A DNA stretch of 63,727 nucleotides, the filler included, from Folioceros fuciformis (lineage: Eukaryota), in assembly GCA_049999805.1 (NCBI GenBank). It is 7 parts of 7 records of this genome, joined end to end, with 100 filler letters (N's around TTAATTAATTAA, not from the genome) between each part and the next. Parts side by side here need not be neighbours in the genome. Positions count along the whole stretch, not along the records: positions 40,671 to 48,304 come from JBNGIO010005417.1; positions 48,405 to 63,727 come from JBNGIO010005419.1; 5 more parts are not named here. One strand, given 5' to 3'. The notes beneath the pieces are model-generated. The model saw only the letters and a program-made list of their open reading frames with translations. It searched no databases and was not told where the DNA came from. Position 1 is the first letter of the stretch. Each line of letters opens with the position of its first letter. A program made the translations under genes and the position numbers. Of the stretch, positions 46,415 through 58,341 are shown piece by piece.

Positions 46415-47150
46415 ATGGATCACTGGAGGGCCAAGGCCGGAGGGTTGGTGGAGGAGCTAGGCCTTGAGTTCATGGCCCAACGGCGGAACCACGCAGCACC
46501 TGTTTTGGTGCGGGAGTGTACACAATGATAGAGGAGTCTAGCAAACGAAGAAGGCATCAAGGGGAATCCTCAGGACTATAGTGTCGACTTAGTCTGAACA
46601 GTGTATGGGCGCAGCCAGGAGGAAGCGCAACACCACGGCAGCAGCAGCAGCGCTGTTCAAGGTAGGGATAGGGAGAGAAGCCAATGGCTAGTTGGCACGA
46701 GAGATGGCGACTGCCCAACTCATGGGGCTGACTAGGTGGCTCCTATGCTTCCTACAGAACAGGAAGCAGGACTACCTGTCCAACCACATGCTTCCGTTTC
46801 TGAATGAGGTGGTCAAGGGCAATCGGGTTGATTGGGGGAAGATCCTGTACGACCGGTTGAATGAGGAGAGACAAACCCTGACCTCTCCCACTCCCCGCCC
46901 GTCGATGATCTCGCCATTTCTTGTGTATTTGTATTGTCACGCTAACAGTTTACCCGAGATAGAAGTCGTTGCCTCTTTGCACATGTGGAAGCCAGTCAGG
47001 GAAGTTAAGTGGAAGCCGGAGGAGCCAAGGGAGGAGGTTGAATCCAGCAGCTGGGAATCAAGAGCCACTAGGAGCTTAGAGGAGGAAGCCACGACCAGCA
47101 GGAAGCGGAAGGCAAGAGCAGGGCGGAAGACCCCTTCAAAGAAGAGGAAG
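46415..47150 (+). pseudogene. Retrotransposon accessory-type ORF, copy 2
   Basis: MDHWRAKAGGLVEELGL..RKQDYLS..VDWGKILY..SMISPFLVYLY; stops and frameshift. Confidence 0.65.
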
Positions 47151-47645
47151 GTGGGTGGCCGATTGTACCAAAATTGGAACATTGACCCGAAATTCTATGT
47201 TCCACAAAGAGCAACAATTCGAAGCACCTAAAGTATCTCTCTTTATATGTATGGAAAAATTCTGCAATCTCATGGCCTCACATCAAACTGGACGACAAGA
47301 ACTTGAAGCTCAATGACTAGTTGTTAACCTAGGTTTGGACTATGCCAAAGAGTTCAAGTCATACAGGGTGAAGACCATGAAGAGGAAGGCAAATGAGGCT
47401 TCTTTATCTTTGAAGTCTAAAATGAAGAGATTAAGGAGTGAGGGATAGTTTTTTTAGTTGCTCCATCGAAACACCAGTTGTAAAATTGTGAGCCTACCAG
47501 CTTTGAGCCAATGAGCCTGTGAGTTGCGAGGTGCCTGTGAGCTTCTTGTAAGTTTGGCAAGAGTCGTGGGTCAATCTTTGAGTGCCGTTGAAAAATTCAA
47601 CCCCACGAGCTTCCTAACGTCCATTACCGATACTATGATCTACAT

Positions 47646-47859
47646 TGCAAAGTGAAGCCTAGGAATAGTCTAGCGTCAGCTAGTCAACAACTAGGTTAAG
47701 CTAAATAAGCTTAGTTAGGGTTAGAAAGTCAAGATGTGAAAAGACACATGACTACAAAATACCTAACCACCATAGCACATGACACAAGACAAAAAGAGTT
47801 TTGCTTGTTTGATACATGTGATCATTTTCCTAAGTGAGATTGCTTCTCCTGTTTTTGTA
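47646..47859 (+). repeat. ~214-bp dispersed repeat, near-identical to 61210-61424
   Basis: TGCAAAGTGAAGCC...CTCCTGTTTTTGTA; only a 1-nt T-run difference was seen. Confidence 0.95.
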
Positions 47860-48532
47860 TACATGGTGTGTAGGATTTCAAATGACCCAGCCACCTCACT
47901 TGAAATCATTACCAAGGCATGCAACATGATGGCAAGTATGTTGTGGAAGACTCAGAAGATGTTGTGTGCGCATGAATCCAACAGTATACCAGTGTGGTTT
48001 TTGCAAGAGTGCGGACTTTAGTTTTGGAAAGCTCACTTGTAACGTGAGCGTGTAGCACGGTCATCAATGCATTTTTTCACACACATGTAAAATGAATAGA
48101 TTAGAATAGAACTTGGAATTAAAAATAATGAAGCAATAACGTGTTGATATCAAGAAGGCTGCCTATGTGTGCCTCACGACTTGGCAAGCATACGACAGTG
48201 TGCGTTGGAACTTTATTGTAACGTGACACTTGATCGATGAGAACCACAATTCAAGCATATATCTAAATATGATAAGTTAAGCATATGGCAGCTTAACCCG
48301 TAACNNNNNNNNNNNNNNNNNNNNNNNNNNNNNNNNNNNNNNNNNNNNTTAATTAATTAANNNNNNNNNNNNNNNNNNNNNNNNNNNNNNNNNNNNNNNN
48401 NNNNGCCCCAAGACCAGATAGTCCCATCGTCTGCTATCAAACAGCCGCCCCATGAACACTTAAGGAGCAACTGATGAACACTGGCCAGTTTCCATTTGGG
48501 AGGATGTGGACAGGTGTACACTCGTCCGTTTG

Positions 48533-48768
48533 ATTCCCGGTGCCGAAGCCTCCCGAACACTGTTCGGTAGGCTGGGAATGAAAGGGATCAATTTCCGAGG
48601 GACTGTTCGGCGAACAGTCTTCGGAAAATCATTTTTACACTTGTGGACCCGGTCCCCACAAGTCTTGTGTGGACCGCGACGGGGACCGGGACCAGAACCG
48701 AGGTCGATACGGGTCCACCCAAGGACGTCGTTGGACGGAACAGACTCGTCAGTCTCCGACCAGTCCAG
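48533..48768. other. Cluster of GC-rich inverted repeats/hairpins
   Basis: AGCCT.CCGAAC/GTTCGG.AGGCT; TTTCCGAGGGACTGTTC/GAACAGTCTTCGGAAA; CCCGGTCCCC/GGGGACCGGG; GTGGACCCG/CGGGTCCAC; AGACT/AGTCT within TGGAC/GTCCA. Confidence 0.85.
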
Positions 48769-49058
48769 CTTGCAGTGGATGCTTGATGCTTAAACAAGCA
48801 ACCGTACTGTCAGCACGTCCGAGTAGGATACGGCTTGTCCGAAAGAGAGCAACCGTACTGTCAGCACGACCGGTTCATGCTAAACCTCCGGACAAAGTTA
48901 CGAGTCAAGGCTTTCCAAGCGCGTAGGCCCCACCATATGCCATTAACCTTGCCCATGCTCCATGCATACCATGAGGCTATCCGTCCTGCCCAGGCGTGCG
49001 TTTCACCGTCGCGCACGCCGGTGGGATACCACCGGCTACCTCCCGTCCATCTTCCCAG

Positions 49059-49712
49059 CTTATACAGACGAGGACGTATCGCTACTCGGGATACATTTGA
49101 ATGTAGAAATGAAATTACTTGTTTGTTACAGCGGCGATGCGAAGTTTTCGTGTTCGCTCCAGTCGAGAGGCCAAGAAGCAACATCGCGAAGCCTTGTGCT
49201 CGCTCATGTCGAGAGGCCAAGAGGCAACACCACTAAGCATCCGTGCTCGCTCCAGTCGGGAGGCCACGAGGCATCGCAAGCAACACTACGAGAGCGAGAG
49301 GAACAAGAGGAACTGGGTTTGGGGTGTATTGTTTCTTCTGGATTTCTGGATATTTTCTCCTCACCGCAAGTGCAGATATCAGTCCATTGTCTCCCCGACT
49401 TATACATACGAGGACGTATTGCTACTCGGGATGCATCTGAATTTAGAAATCAAATTACTTGTCTATTACAGCAGCAACGTGAAGTTTTCGCCAAGAAGCA
49501 ACATCAAGAAGCCTTTGTGCTCACTTAGGTCGAGAGGCCAAGAGGCAACGCCACTAAGCATCCATGCTCCCTCCAGTCGGGAGGGCACGAGGCATTGCAA
49601 GCAACACTCCAAGAACAAGAGGAACAACAGGAACTGGGTTTGGGGTGTATTGTTTCTTCTGGATTCCAACACATTTTCTCCTCACCGCAAGTGCAGATGT
49701 CAGTCCATTGTC
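49059..49712. repeat. Diverged tandem duplication, period ~320-340 bp
   Basis: TATACAxACGAGGACGTAT at 49061 and 49401; GAACTGGGTTTGGGGTGTATTG at 49310 and 49631. Confidence 0.92.
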
Positions 49713-49714
49713 TA

Positions 49715-50425
49715 ATGGATACACTTGTAGACCTAATCCATGCACAAGATCTCGGGGTTGTCCATCATCACGTTGTGATCATTGTCCTTGTGGTGCAGTG
49801 TGACAAGCTTGTTCTGTATGAGGCCTGCCCCAGTTGTAATTCGAAGTTGCTTGCATTTAGCAACTGTGGTTATTGCGAGGAGCATCCAGAGTTCAGAAAA
49901 TTAAGCTTCCGACTACGTTTGACAGTAGAAGATGCAACATGTGAGGCACGAGTTGTGGCCTTTGAAGCAGCCATGGATTTTTTATCTATGTCACCAATTC
50001 AGTATAGTACGTTGCAGATAAACAAGGAACGTGGTGACTTGCTGGACAGGCTTGTTGGGAAACGTTGGCGGTGTTCCTTAAGCATTATATCTCCCATGAA
50101 TAGTAGACCACCATACAATAGTAGACCACCATACATTAGGGTGGACAGAGTTGAAGCAATAGTGCGACAACATTTGTTTCTTAGTGAGACACTATCTCCT
50201 AAGACACCTTTCAACCAACCTATTCTCATGGAAGCTCCTCCTTCTCAAGAACTGCCTGCAAAAACCAACTCAGCACCAAGATCAAACCAAGCTACCAATA
50301 AGGTGGAGATAAATATTTCATGTCCAGCATTATTTTTACTTGGCTTCACTTTTGGAGCCATTACTATGGCCTTGTTTTCGTTAGGCATGTTGTGGACTTC
50401 TAGTAAACGGAATGGTAGCTTATAG
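49715..50425 (+). CDS. RPA1 C-terminal-like zinc-ribbon OB-fold protein with a hydrophobic C-terminal tail
   Basis: YEACPSCNSK..CGYC..FRLRLTVEDAT..VVAFE..LVGKRW matches the RPA70 DBD-C pattern. The tail is ALFLLGFTFGAITMALFSLGMLW followed by SSKRNGSL. Confidence 0.75.
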   Translation: MDTLVDLIHAQDLGVVHHHVVIIVLVVQCDKLVLYEACPSCNSKLLAFSNCGYCEEHPEFRKLSFRLRLTVEDATCEARVVAFEAAMDFLSMSPIQYSTLQINKERGDLLDRLVGKRWRCSLSIISPMNSRPPYNSRPPYIRVDRVEAIVRQHLFLSETLSPKTPFNQPILMEAPPSQELPAKTNSAPRSNQATNKVEINISCPALFLLGFTFGAITMALFSLGMLWTSSKRNGSL

Positions 50426-53400
50426 AAACTTTTCCAAAAAAAAAAAATTCGCAAAGAAAAAGTCTGATTATAGGTAGCTCAAGCTACAGCCAGATTACAA
50501 TACTTGCTCGCATAGCTGTATAAGGCGTTAGTCTACATGCTAACTCCCAAACTGCAGAAGTAAATAAACTAGAACTAGCGTGCAGGCGAAAGATCCCTCA
50601 TCAATGGGTGGCTCACCGACCCCACGGACAGGAGTGATTCCACTAGTCATTATGCTCGAGGAATCTGGCTGACTTCCACTCTGTTTGTCTGAACTTGTTG
50701 TGTGCGGAAGTACGAATGCTCTCCGTAGTCACCAAGATCTGTTCCCAAATACGCCAAAGTAGAGCTTTCCTTGATACCAGGTCGTGGCTGCCATAGACCA
50801 TTGTTGTCCAATTTTGCCATAGGGCGAAGAGAGCCAGAGACTAGACCACTCCCCACCACTACTTCTGGACTAGAGGCTCTCCTATTCGTTCGTCAAGCCC
50901 GAAAAGGGCGGTTTGCTCTGTAACCACAATGGTTCTCTCTGGGAGGAGGTTTTGAAGCCACTTGCCAACTTCAATCCATACACCTTGAGCATAGTCGCAC
51001 TGAAAGAAGATATGTTGGCTTTTGTGAGAGGCGCCAACACTACAAAGCCTGCACCATTCCTCCCCCGTGGCCGCCAGCAACCCGTCCCAACGATCTGCGT
51101 GAGGTAGACAAGCTTGGAAGAAACACCAGATGGTAACCCGCACCTTGGGGGGAACCCCAATGGTCGACCACAGGAGTTTAATCGTTGCTCTCTGGTGACG
51201 CTAGGAGAGCCTCAATCTCGGAGCCAGTCGACTTCACTGAGGAGATTTTTGTGCGCGCACCAGTCGGAGGTAGATGGCTGCTAAAGGAAAGTTGAAAAGT
51301 GATCTCGCGTTCCCCTGCATCCTTCCAGAGCTCTCAGGCCACATATATAGGTCAGGTCTCATCACTAATTCCCAATTCTCCTTCAATCGAAATCAACATC
51401 TTACAGGACTTTGTTGCAGAGGTTGCTTCTTGCGGTTATGTTCTTCCTGGGTGAGCCAATGCCCCGCACGCCTAGCTCTGTAAAGTGTAGTTATCCCTCT
51501 CAGGCACACACCACTGGTCATGCCTTCCTCCCTGCCTACAACCTCTAGAAGCCCTTTTGCGTTCAAAGTTTTGTAGGATAGATTCCCACTGTCTTCTGTT
51601 ACAGATGACACGAGCACTGCCCGGTCGAAATCTAGGGGGGCCGCATCTAGCTCTTGGTCAGAGTCTCTCATTCTATCTTCCATGGGGTGGGCCCCCCACA
51701 TGTGAATGCCCACCTGGGCCTACTGTAATAGCGCCTGCTTCACCTCCTCTGCCATCCCTTCTTGTAGCCAGGCAAGCATTAGTCTCACATGTCGAACTTG
51801 AGTCCCAAACTCTGCACGAACTTCCTCCGTTGTTTTCCATCCTTTGTCTACATGGTTCCATAGGTGCCCGAGCTGCACAATGCCTCTTCTACCAGAGGAA
51901 CCAAAAATCTGGGAATGGCACACCCTCGAAAGGAAGTCATGTGACCAGAGCCCCTTGAACCCTTGGAGAGGGAGGCCCAGCGCATCGTCCCTATTCCTGG
52001 GTATGGCGGGTTGATGGAGAGTCTTACCTTCCAAGAAGCTGCGCCATATTGAAGCAAAGAGTGGAGAACACTCTCTGGTGTCAAGTAAGGGTCTATCCGC
52101 TAATAAGTTGTCCATAGACCTCCACCCCCAGCCAACCGCTTGAGTTTGCTGCAAGTGTTGGGTTAACCAACTTTTCCAGGGATAGCCCATTCGACCTGCA
52201 GCTTTCAAAACCCATTGCGCATGCAGGATCTTCATCTTACATGCGGGATCCACCAATCCTAGCCCACCCAGCCGCTTGCTCTGTATCATATGTCGCCACG
52301 CCACCTTATGGGAAGGGGAGAGCAGCTCCTTAGACTTACTCCATAAGAAGTTGGAAATAATCTGCTGCAACCTCCTTAGGTCAACCTTGCTAGGGGCCCA
52401 TAAGAACAAATAGTACCACAGGGAAGTGGTCAAAATATGGTTTCTGACCACAATTCTACTTGCAAGACTAAGATCCAAAAGGCGCAAACTGATTGCTTTC
52501 CGTATGAAGACAGGGACGGGGCCAGAGGGCATAAACAGGGATATGGGCCCGACATATTTAAATATCTTCGCATTCTCATCCTCTTCTTGGAATGGTAGGC
52601 TCAGGTACTTGTGTGACGATCCGGGTTGGACCCGCATAATGTGTCTGATACACTCGGGTGGCTCCCCCTGCATATTAATGCACATCATCCTAGTCTTGCT
52701 CCAGTTCACGTTGCACCCTAATAGCTGACCAAATATCTGTACCTGGGAGAGCAAGGCTGTTAAGGACGTCGTATCGGCAGATGAGAATAACAAGGTATCA
52801 TCAACAAAGACCGAGATACGCAGCTGCGAGCCATCCGGATTCTGAATGCCTTCAATCCTTGAGTCCTACATGATTGCTCGCAAAAGAAAATCAATGACAA
52901 TTATGAACAGGGACGGGGCCAGAGGGCATCCTTGACGTACCAACCTCTTGATATCGAACCTGTTGATAAAGGAGCCATTCATAGAGACCATTGCGCCTGC
53001 ATCCTCGCAAAGAATTGCGATCCATCTACAGAAGTTGTTACCTAGCCCAAAACTTTTCACACATCTCCAAAGGAAGTGCCATTCAATCAAACCATAAGAT
53101 TCATAGAAATCTAAGGAGATAAACACTGCTGGCTTGTGTTGAGATAGGGCATTAAACTTAGCCTCACGCAAAAACAGCAAGTTATCTAGAATACACCTGT
53201 TCTGGATGAACCCCCGTTGCTCCACCTCCAGCCAGTCGTCCAAGAAGGGCTTGAGCCTGTTCGCTAAGACTTTGGCAATCACTTTGTAAGTGGTCATAAG
53301 GAGGGTGATAGGTCGCCAATTAGCAATGGAAAGACTAGCATCATGTTTGGGTAAAAGTGAAATGAGGCCTAGCTTAAACCATGGGCCCATACTACCTTCC

Positions 53401-53923
53401 TCCCATATTGTGTTGACTTTCTCCGTGAAGAGCGGCCCCATAAAATCCCAGCCCCAAGCCAGAAACTTAGGAGGGATACCGTCATGGCCTGGTGATTTGT
53501 TCCTCAGCATCTCCTTCAGCACTTGCACCACCTCCGCAGCTGTGAAAGGTTTGTCAAGAATTGTACACTGAGCCTCTATCACCTTAGCAAGAAACTGTCC
53601 ATAGCACGAGTTCCAAAGATCCTCCCACCCTGCCAGTTTTCCGAGACTTGCAAAAATTCCAACATAAAAGCAGGTGATCAGTTTTTTCAAGCCACTAAGG
53701 GAGTATTGCCTAATACCCTATGCATCGGCGAGAGCGGGGATTCTCGTCTTATGTCAATTCGCTGCCACCTTGTCGAAGAAGAACTTAGAGGGGCAATCTC
53801 CTTCTTGCACCCATTTCACCTTAGCCCGCTTGTACCAACCCCTTGCTCTATCCTCTTCTAGCTTTGCAAGATCACACCGGATTTCTCGGAGCCGACCTTC
53901 CTCTTCCCCGGTCAGCGCACGCC

Positions 53924-54160
53924 TGTTACGGAATGGATAATCTGCCCGTAACCCTGCTGACCAGCTAGTTACCGTAGACCATAGTTAATAGTATTTAATA
54001 ATTACGAACGGGTGTGCCTCTTCGAAAGAGACACCCAGTGACACTATTTAAGACACACTTTGTATACACCTTTTTAGAGACTAACACGAAATATCTCTCT
54101 GAGCATTGCGTCTTGATCATGTTAGACTATATTCAATCCTAATCATGCTAGATTAGATGC
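53924..54160 (+). mobile_element. Family B LTR (3'-truncated) inserted in LINE ORF2
   Basis: Aligns along its length with 6705-6940. Confidence 0.92.
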
Positions 54161-57100
54161 TAAACTGGCCTCAATTTCCCCCAATCTGCAAGCGTGTAGG
54201 GGGAGAAGGTATTCCCACAGAGGATCTGCCCCCTATTACTCAACGTCTGCAAAATGGTGCTAGAATCAAACAAACTCCGTTGAGAATTGAGGCGGATCTA
54301 AGGGGGTGTGGAAGATTGCAGGATGAGAAGCAATTCTAGGCTGATCTTGACCTGAAATACACCAAATTCAAACACAAGGCTTTGCAGGAGGAGGCGTCCC
54401 CGGCTCATGGATCCAGCGCCCGCAGCCGATCGCACCTGCTGCAGGTGCTGGAGGCAATTGCAACGAGGCGCAAGCTGGTGCGAGGTGCAAGGCAACGAGG
54501 CGCCCTTGCCTCGCTGCCTCCCTGGCTCGCCCGTAGGCGAACCGTTATCCAACTAAAGTTGGATAACGGTTCGGGTAAGAGGGGGGCAACGAAACGGGGT
54601 GTCCCGTTTTGTGGAACGGCACACCCACTCAAGGGAAGAGTTTACCTAACTGGATCTCCCTTCCCCCACCCCAGAGCACCTTGGCTGGCTTCGATGGTTG
54701 TCCTCAACGTTAAAGCCAAAGATTGCCCCATCCTCTGCTGGGAAGACTGCCAACACTTCATGCCAAATTGGCTTAGATTCCTCATCAGCACAGGGGGTAG
54801 AAAAAATTTCACCCTGCAAGTCAGAAGAGACTATGGGCCTTCTGGGTGGGCTGAGATAGTTACTACCCAAGGCCCCGCGTGTATGCACCTCATCACTGCC
54901 CTCCCTGGTGACGTCCTTGTTCCAGACCTCCTGGTGGACAGTCCCCAAATGTGTCCTCCTCCCAAGTTTCCCTTGATCGTGGTCCTAGCCCGTCCCGCAT
55001 ACCTTTGCCTCTTTAAGTCCAGCTATAACCAGATCTTTCTCAACTTTGATTTTCTTGCCTTCGGGTGAAGCCGCTACCAGGACCAACCTCTGCACCGCTT
55101 TATTAAGAGCCTTCCTCGCCACCGCCACAGCAAGTTGGTCTTGCCACAAAGAAATTCCCAGCAAGTCTTCAGAGATGCGGGATTGTTTCCCTTTGCCTAT
55201 TTTGAGGGATGCGTAGGAGCTAGTTGCCTGCATCCCCACAACCCCGGTCTCCTTCCTATGTGGAATACTGATAGGCCCTCCACCGTTCGTGATAGGATGT
55301 CCATTGTTGTATCTTTCGGGCTCAGGCTGAACGAAGTTACCTTGGAGGAGGCTGGGCTGACCCCTAGCCTTCTTGGTGTCCTCCTTGTCACCCGATGTTA
55401 TAGCTTTGCCCAACCTGCAGCCTGAATGGCCTGGAGCAGACACACTATCACTGGCAACCTCACTAAGTTAGGCTAGAGGCCCTTGAGTTTCCGGCTGGAA
55501 CATCTCGTGGGGTCCAAGTGCTCCCTTTTGCTCCAAGCATGAGGTCTAGAGCCGACTCGAGAACGGCTCTTCGCCGTCTGCCATAACTTCCCGCTGCACA
55601 TCTGGCCTGCTGCTACTCTCAGCTTCAGGGAACTCGTTGTAGCCTCCTTCCATGTGTATTCCCCTCCCTGATGGGGCGCATGGAGCCCCTCCATGCGAGT
55701 CATCCAGCAACATCTCAGCTGCTGCACCAGGGAGTCGATGGACCGACTCCTGAGCAAAAAGGAAAGAACCCTGTTGGGGGGCTGGTTCCCACCTCACCAC
55801 CCGATCCGGAGCCTCAGGAGCCTCTCTTCCGTCTTCACCATCCAAGCTGCTTGGGTCTGTGTGATCCAGCAAGTCGACAACCGACCTATCCCTCGGCTGC
55901 TCACCTGCTGCATCTGATCTACCACAACAGCGCTCCTGAGACTGACCCATAGCCTTTAGGATGACCTCCTTGTCACTCACCGTAGAAACCATGCCCAACC
56001 TGTAGTCTGGTCAGCCTGAAGCAGGTGTATTAGCTAGGTGTTGTAGTCCAGCCTGGCGATCTCGACAGCACCCTCGACCAGACAGGTGGTCAGAATCCTT
56101 TATGCTCTCTTCCTTGCCATCCATCAAATTAGCCCACCTCGTCAACACCAGGTGGTTAGATACGTGACACTTGCTAGGGAAACCTGATCCAGCTATTTCC
56201 ATGCTCTCATACTCTACCATCGCTTTTGGCTCGCTACCATTCTTGCCAGACTCGGTTACAGATTCGTCTGGAGCAGACGCAGATTTGCAGCTCGCATTTG
56301 CGTGGGCAGTCAAAGAACTTACACCACCACCTACAAGTCTTAACCGCCTTTCTGAGCAGGTGTGTGTGTTCACTTGAACATCCTGAACCAACTCTGTCGA
56401 ATTCACGCCCACTACCTCCGGTGGCGAGTCCTCGCAAACCAAGCCCGACTCGTTTCCAGTATGGCCTGGAGCTGGCTCGAAGTCGCAGATACCACCAATG
56501 TGCCTAACCGAATACCTTTGAGCACACACTTGACTCCCTTCCTGTGGTACCACGGCAAGCCCATCATCATTGGAAAGGCACAGAACTTGCCAAGGAACAC
56601 TATCCGCCCGGGTCATCTTGGCGCTTCCATCACCCTTGTTTGTTCCTCCCTTCGGTGTTGTCGACCGCCCTTCTGGTTCCGCGTGCCCGGCTAGTCGATC
56701 AAGTTACTGCTCTCCATCTTGGTGGTAACGACTGAACCCCAACCCAAGCAGCTGGTCAGGATCCTTTATGCTCTCATCCCCACCGCACACCGAATTGGCC
56801 CACGTCATCGACTCCAGGTGGTTAGATGCGTGCCACTTACTAGGAGAGCCTACCCCAAAGATTCCTAGACGCCCATACTCTGCCAACGCTTTGGGGTCAG
56901 TGCAAGTCTTGCCATACTCGGTTCCAGTTCCACATGGAGCAGATGCAGGCTCACCTCCCATGCTTGCATGGGCAGCCAAAGAACTAAAGCCGCCTTCATC
57001 CTTAGGATCCTTCCTGAGCAGCTAAGCACGTTCACCTGAACCTCCTACTCCAGCAGTTGTCAAAATCCCTCCCTCTGCCACCAGTTTCAAGAGAGTACAA

Positions 57101-58051
57101 AGCATGCCCGGCTTGTTTCCAGTATGGCCTGGAGCTAGCTCGAACTCACTAACACCATCACTGTGTCTAGCTGGAAACCTCTGAGCAGACGCCTGACTCC
57201 CTTCCTGTGGAATCCCAGTGGCTGAATTTTCCTCACACCCTCCTTCCTTCCTAATTCCTTCTCGTGGGAGAGTGCCTAAAGGCAACCTAGGAGCACCACC
57301 CATCCTCTTTCCCGCCTCGCACACCTTATGTCCCGTAACAGGTTGCCAGGTACCAAGATCCTCACCGTGCCGGGACAGGAAACACTGGGCATCCCGTTGT
57401 GGCAGATTGTGCGGGTCCTCCACCCGTTTGTTAGCGAGGTCACACCCCTGGGCCCACCTATCCTCGCCGACCCCACTAGTTAGCCTAGAGCATCCGTCGC
57501 CCAAGAACTCGCCTCCTCCAGGAGACCTAAGAGAACTCTTCTGCTCCAAGAGCGGGGTTTGGGGCCGATACACGGGTGACACTACACCCTCTTCCTCGCC
57601 CCCCCGTTGCGAATCATACCAACTACAACCACCGGACTCTGGAATCCCACCGCCGCTCCTTGCTTTAAGGAGTCGACCTCCTAGAAGGGTGTGTGTAACA
57701 CCTCCAGTTGCGCCAGTCTTCATCAAGGCGGTTGCTTCACCAAGGAGGCAGTGGCTTAGATCTTGCTCAGAGAGGGAAGCCTTCTGGCTAGGGACAAGTT
57801 CCACCCCAAGCTGTGCACTCCCAAGGCCCGCCTGATTGGTTCCCTGTTCCTTTGCCGACACTTCTGCAACAGCACCAGCCAGGCCCGATTCTCTTTCAAG
57901 TTGGCCGTGGTCAGCCACGAAATCACTGGCATCCACCCTAAGCTTAGCCAAAGGTCCCTGCGCAAACACCTGCCTTCCTTCCTGTGGGATCCCTGCAGTC
58001 CACTCACGGTTTGTAAAGCTTGAAACCTGCCGAGACACTCTATCTTCCCGG

Positions 58052-58341
58052 TGAAGGATCATTACAGGAGCTCCATGGTGAAGGAGGAGAGGAGGAGGCA
58101 AGGAGGAGGAGAAGGAGAGGTCACACTCTCACAATGAGTCTCAATATGCAAGGGAGCTCAAGGGGGTATTTATACCCTCTAGAAGAGCTCTCTAAGAAGC
58201 TTCACAAGAAGCACACAGGAAGCTGCGCAAGAAGCTTCTTACAGATTAGCTTAAGCTAATCTAAACTAATGGTACTTAACTAGATACTAATCTTAGACTA
58301 AACACATTAGTCTAAGCACATTGGGCTTTAATAACACTACA
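58052..58341 (-). mobile_element. 290-bp solo LTR, Copia family C
   Basis: Reverse complement of 17617-17903; TG..CA ends; TSD CCCGG/CCCTG. Confidence 0.92.

Noticed and set aside
48797-48868. Two 21-bp direct repeats (AGCAACCGTACTGTCAGCACG) with a 30-bp spacer; mini-CRISPR or hammerhead-like
   Set aside because: Only two units. CCGAGTA-stem-GAAA breaks the CUGANGA core and there is no stem III partner.
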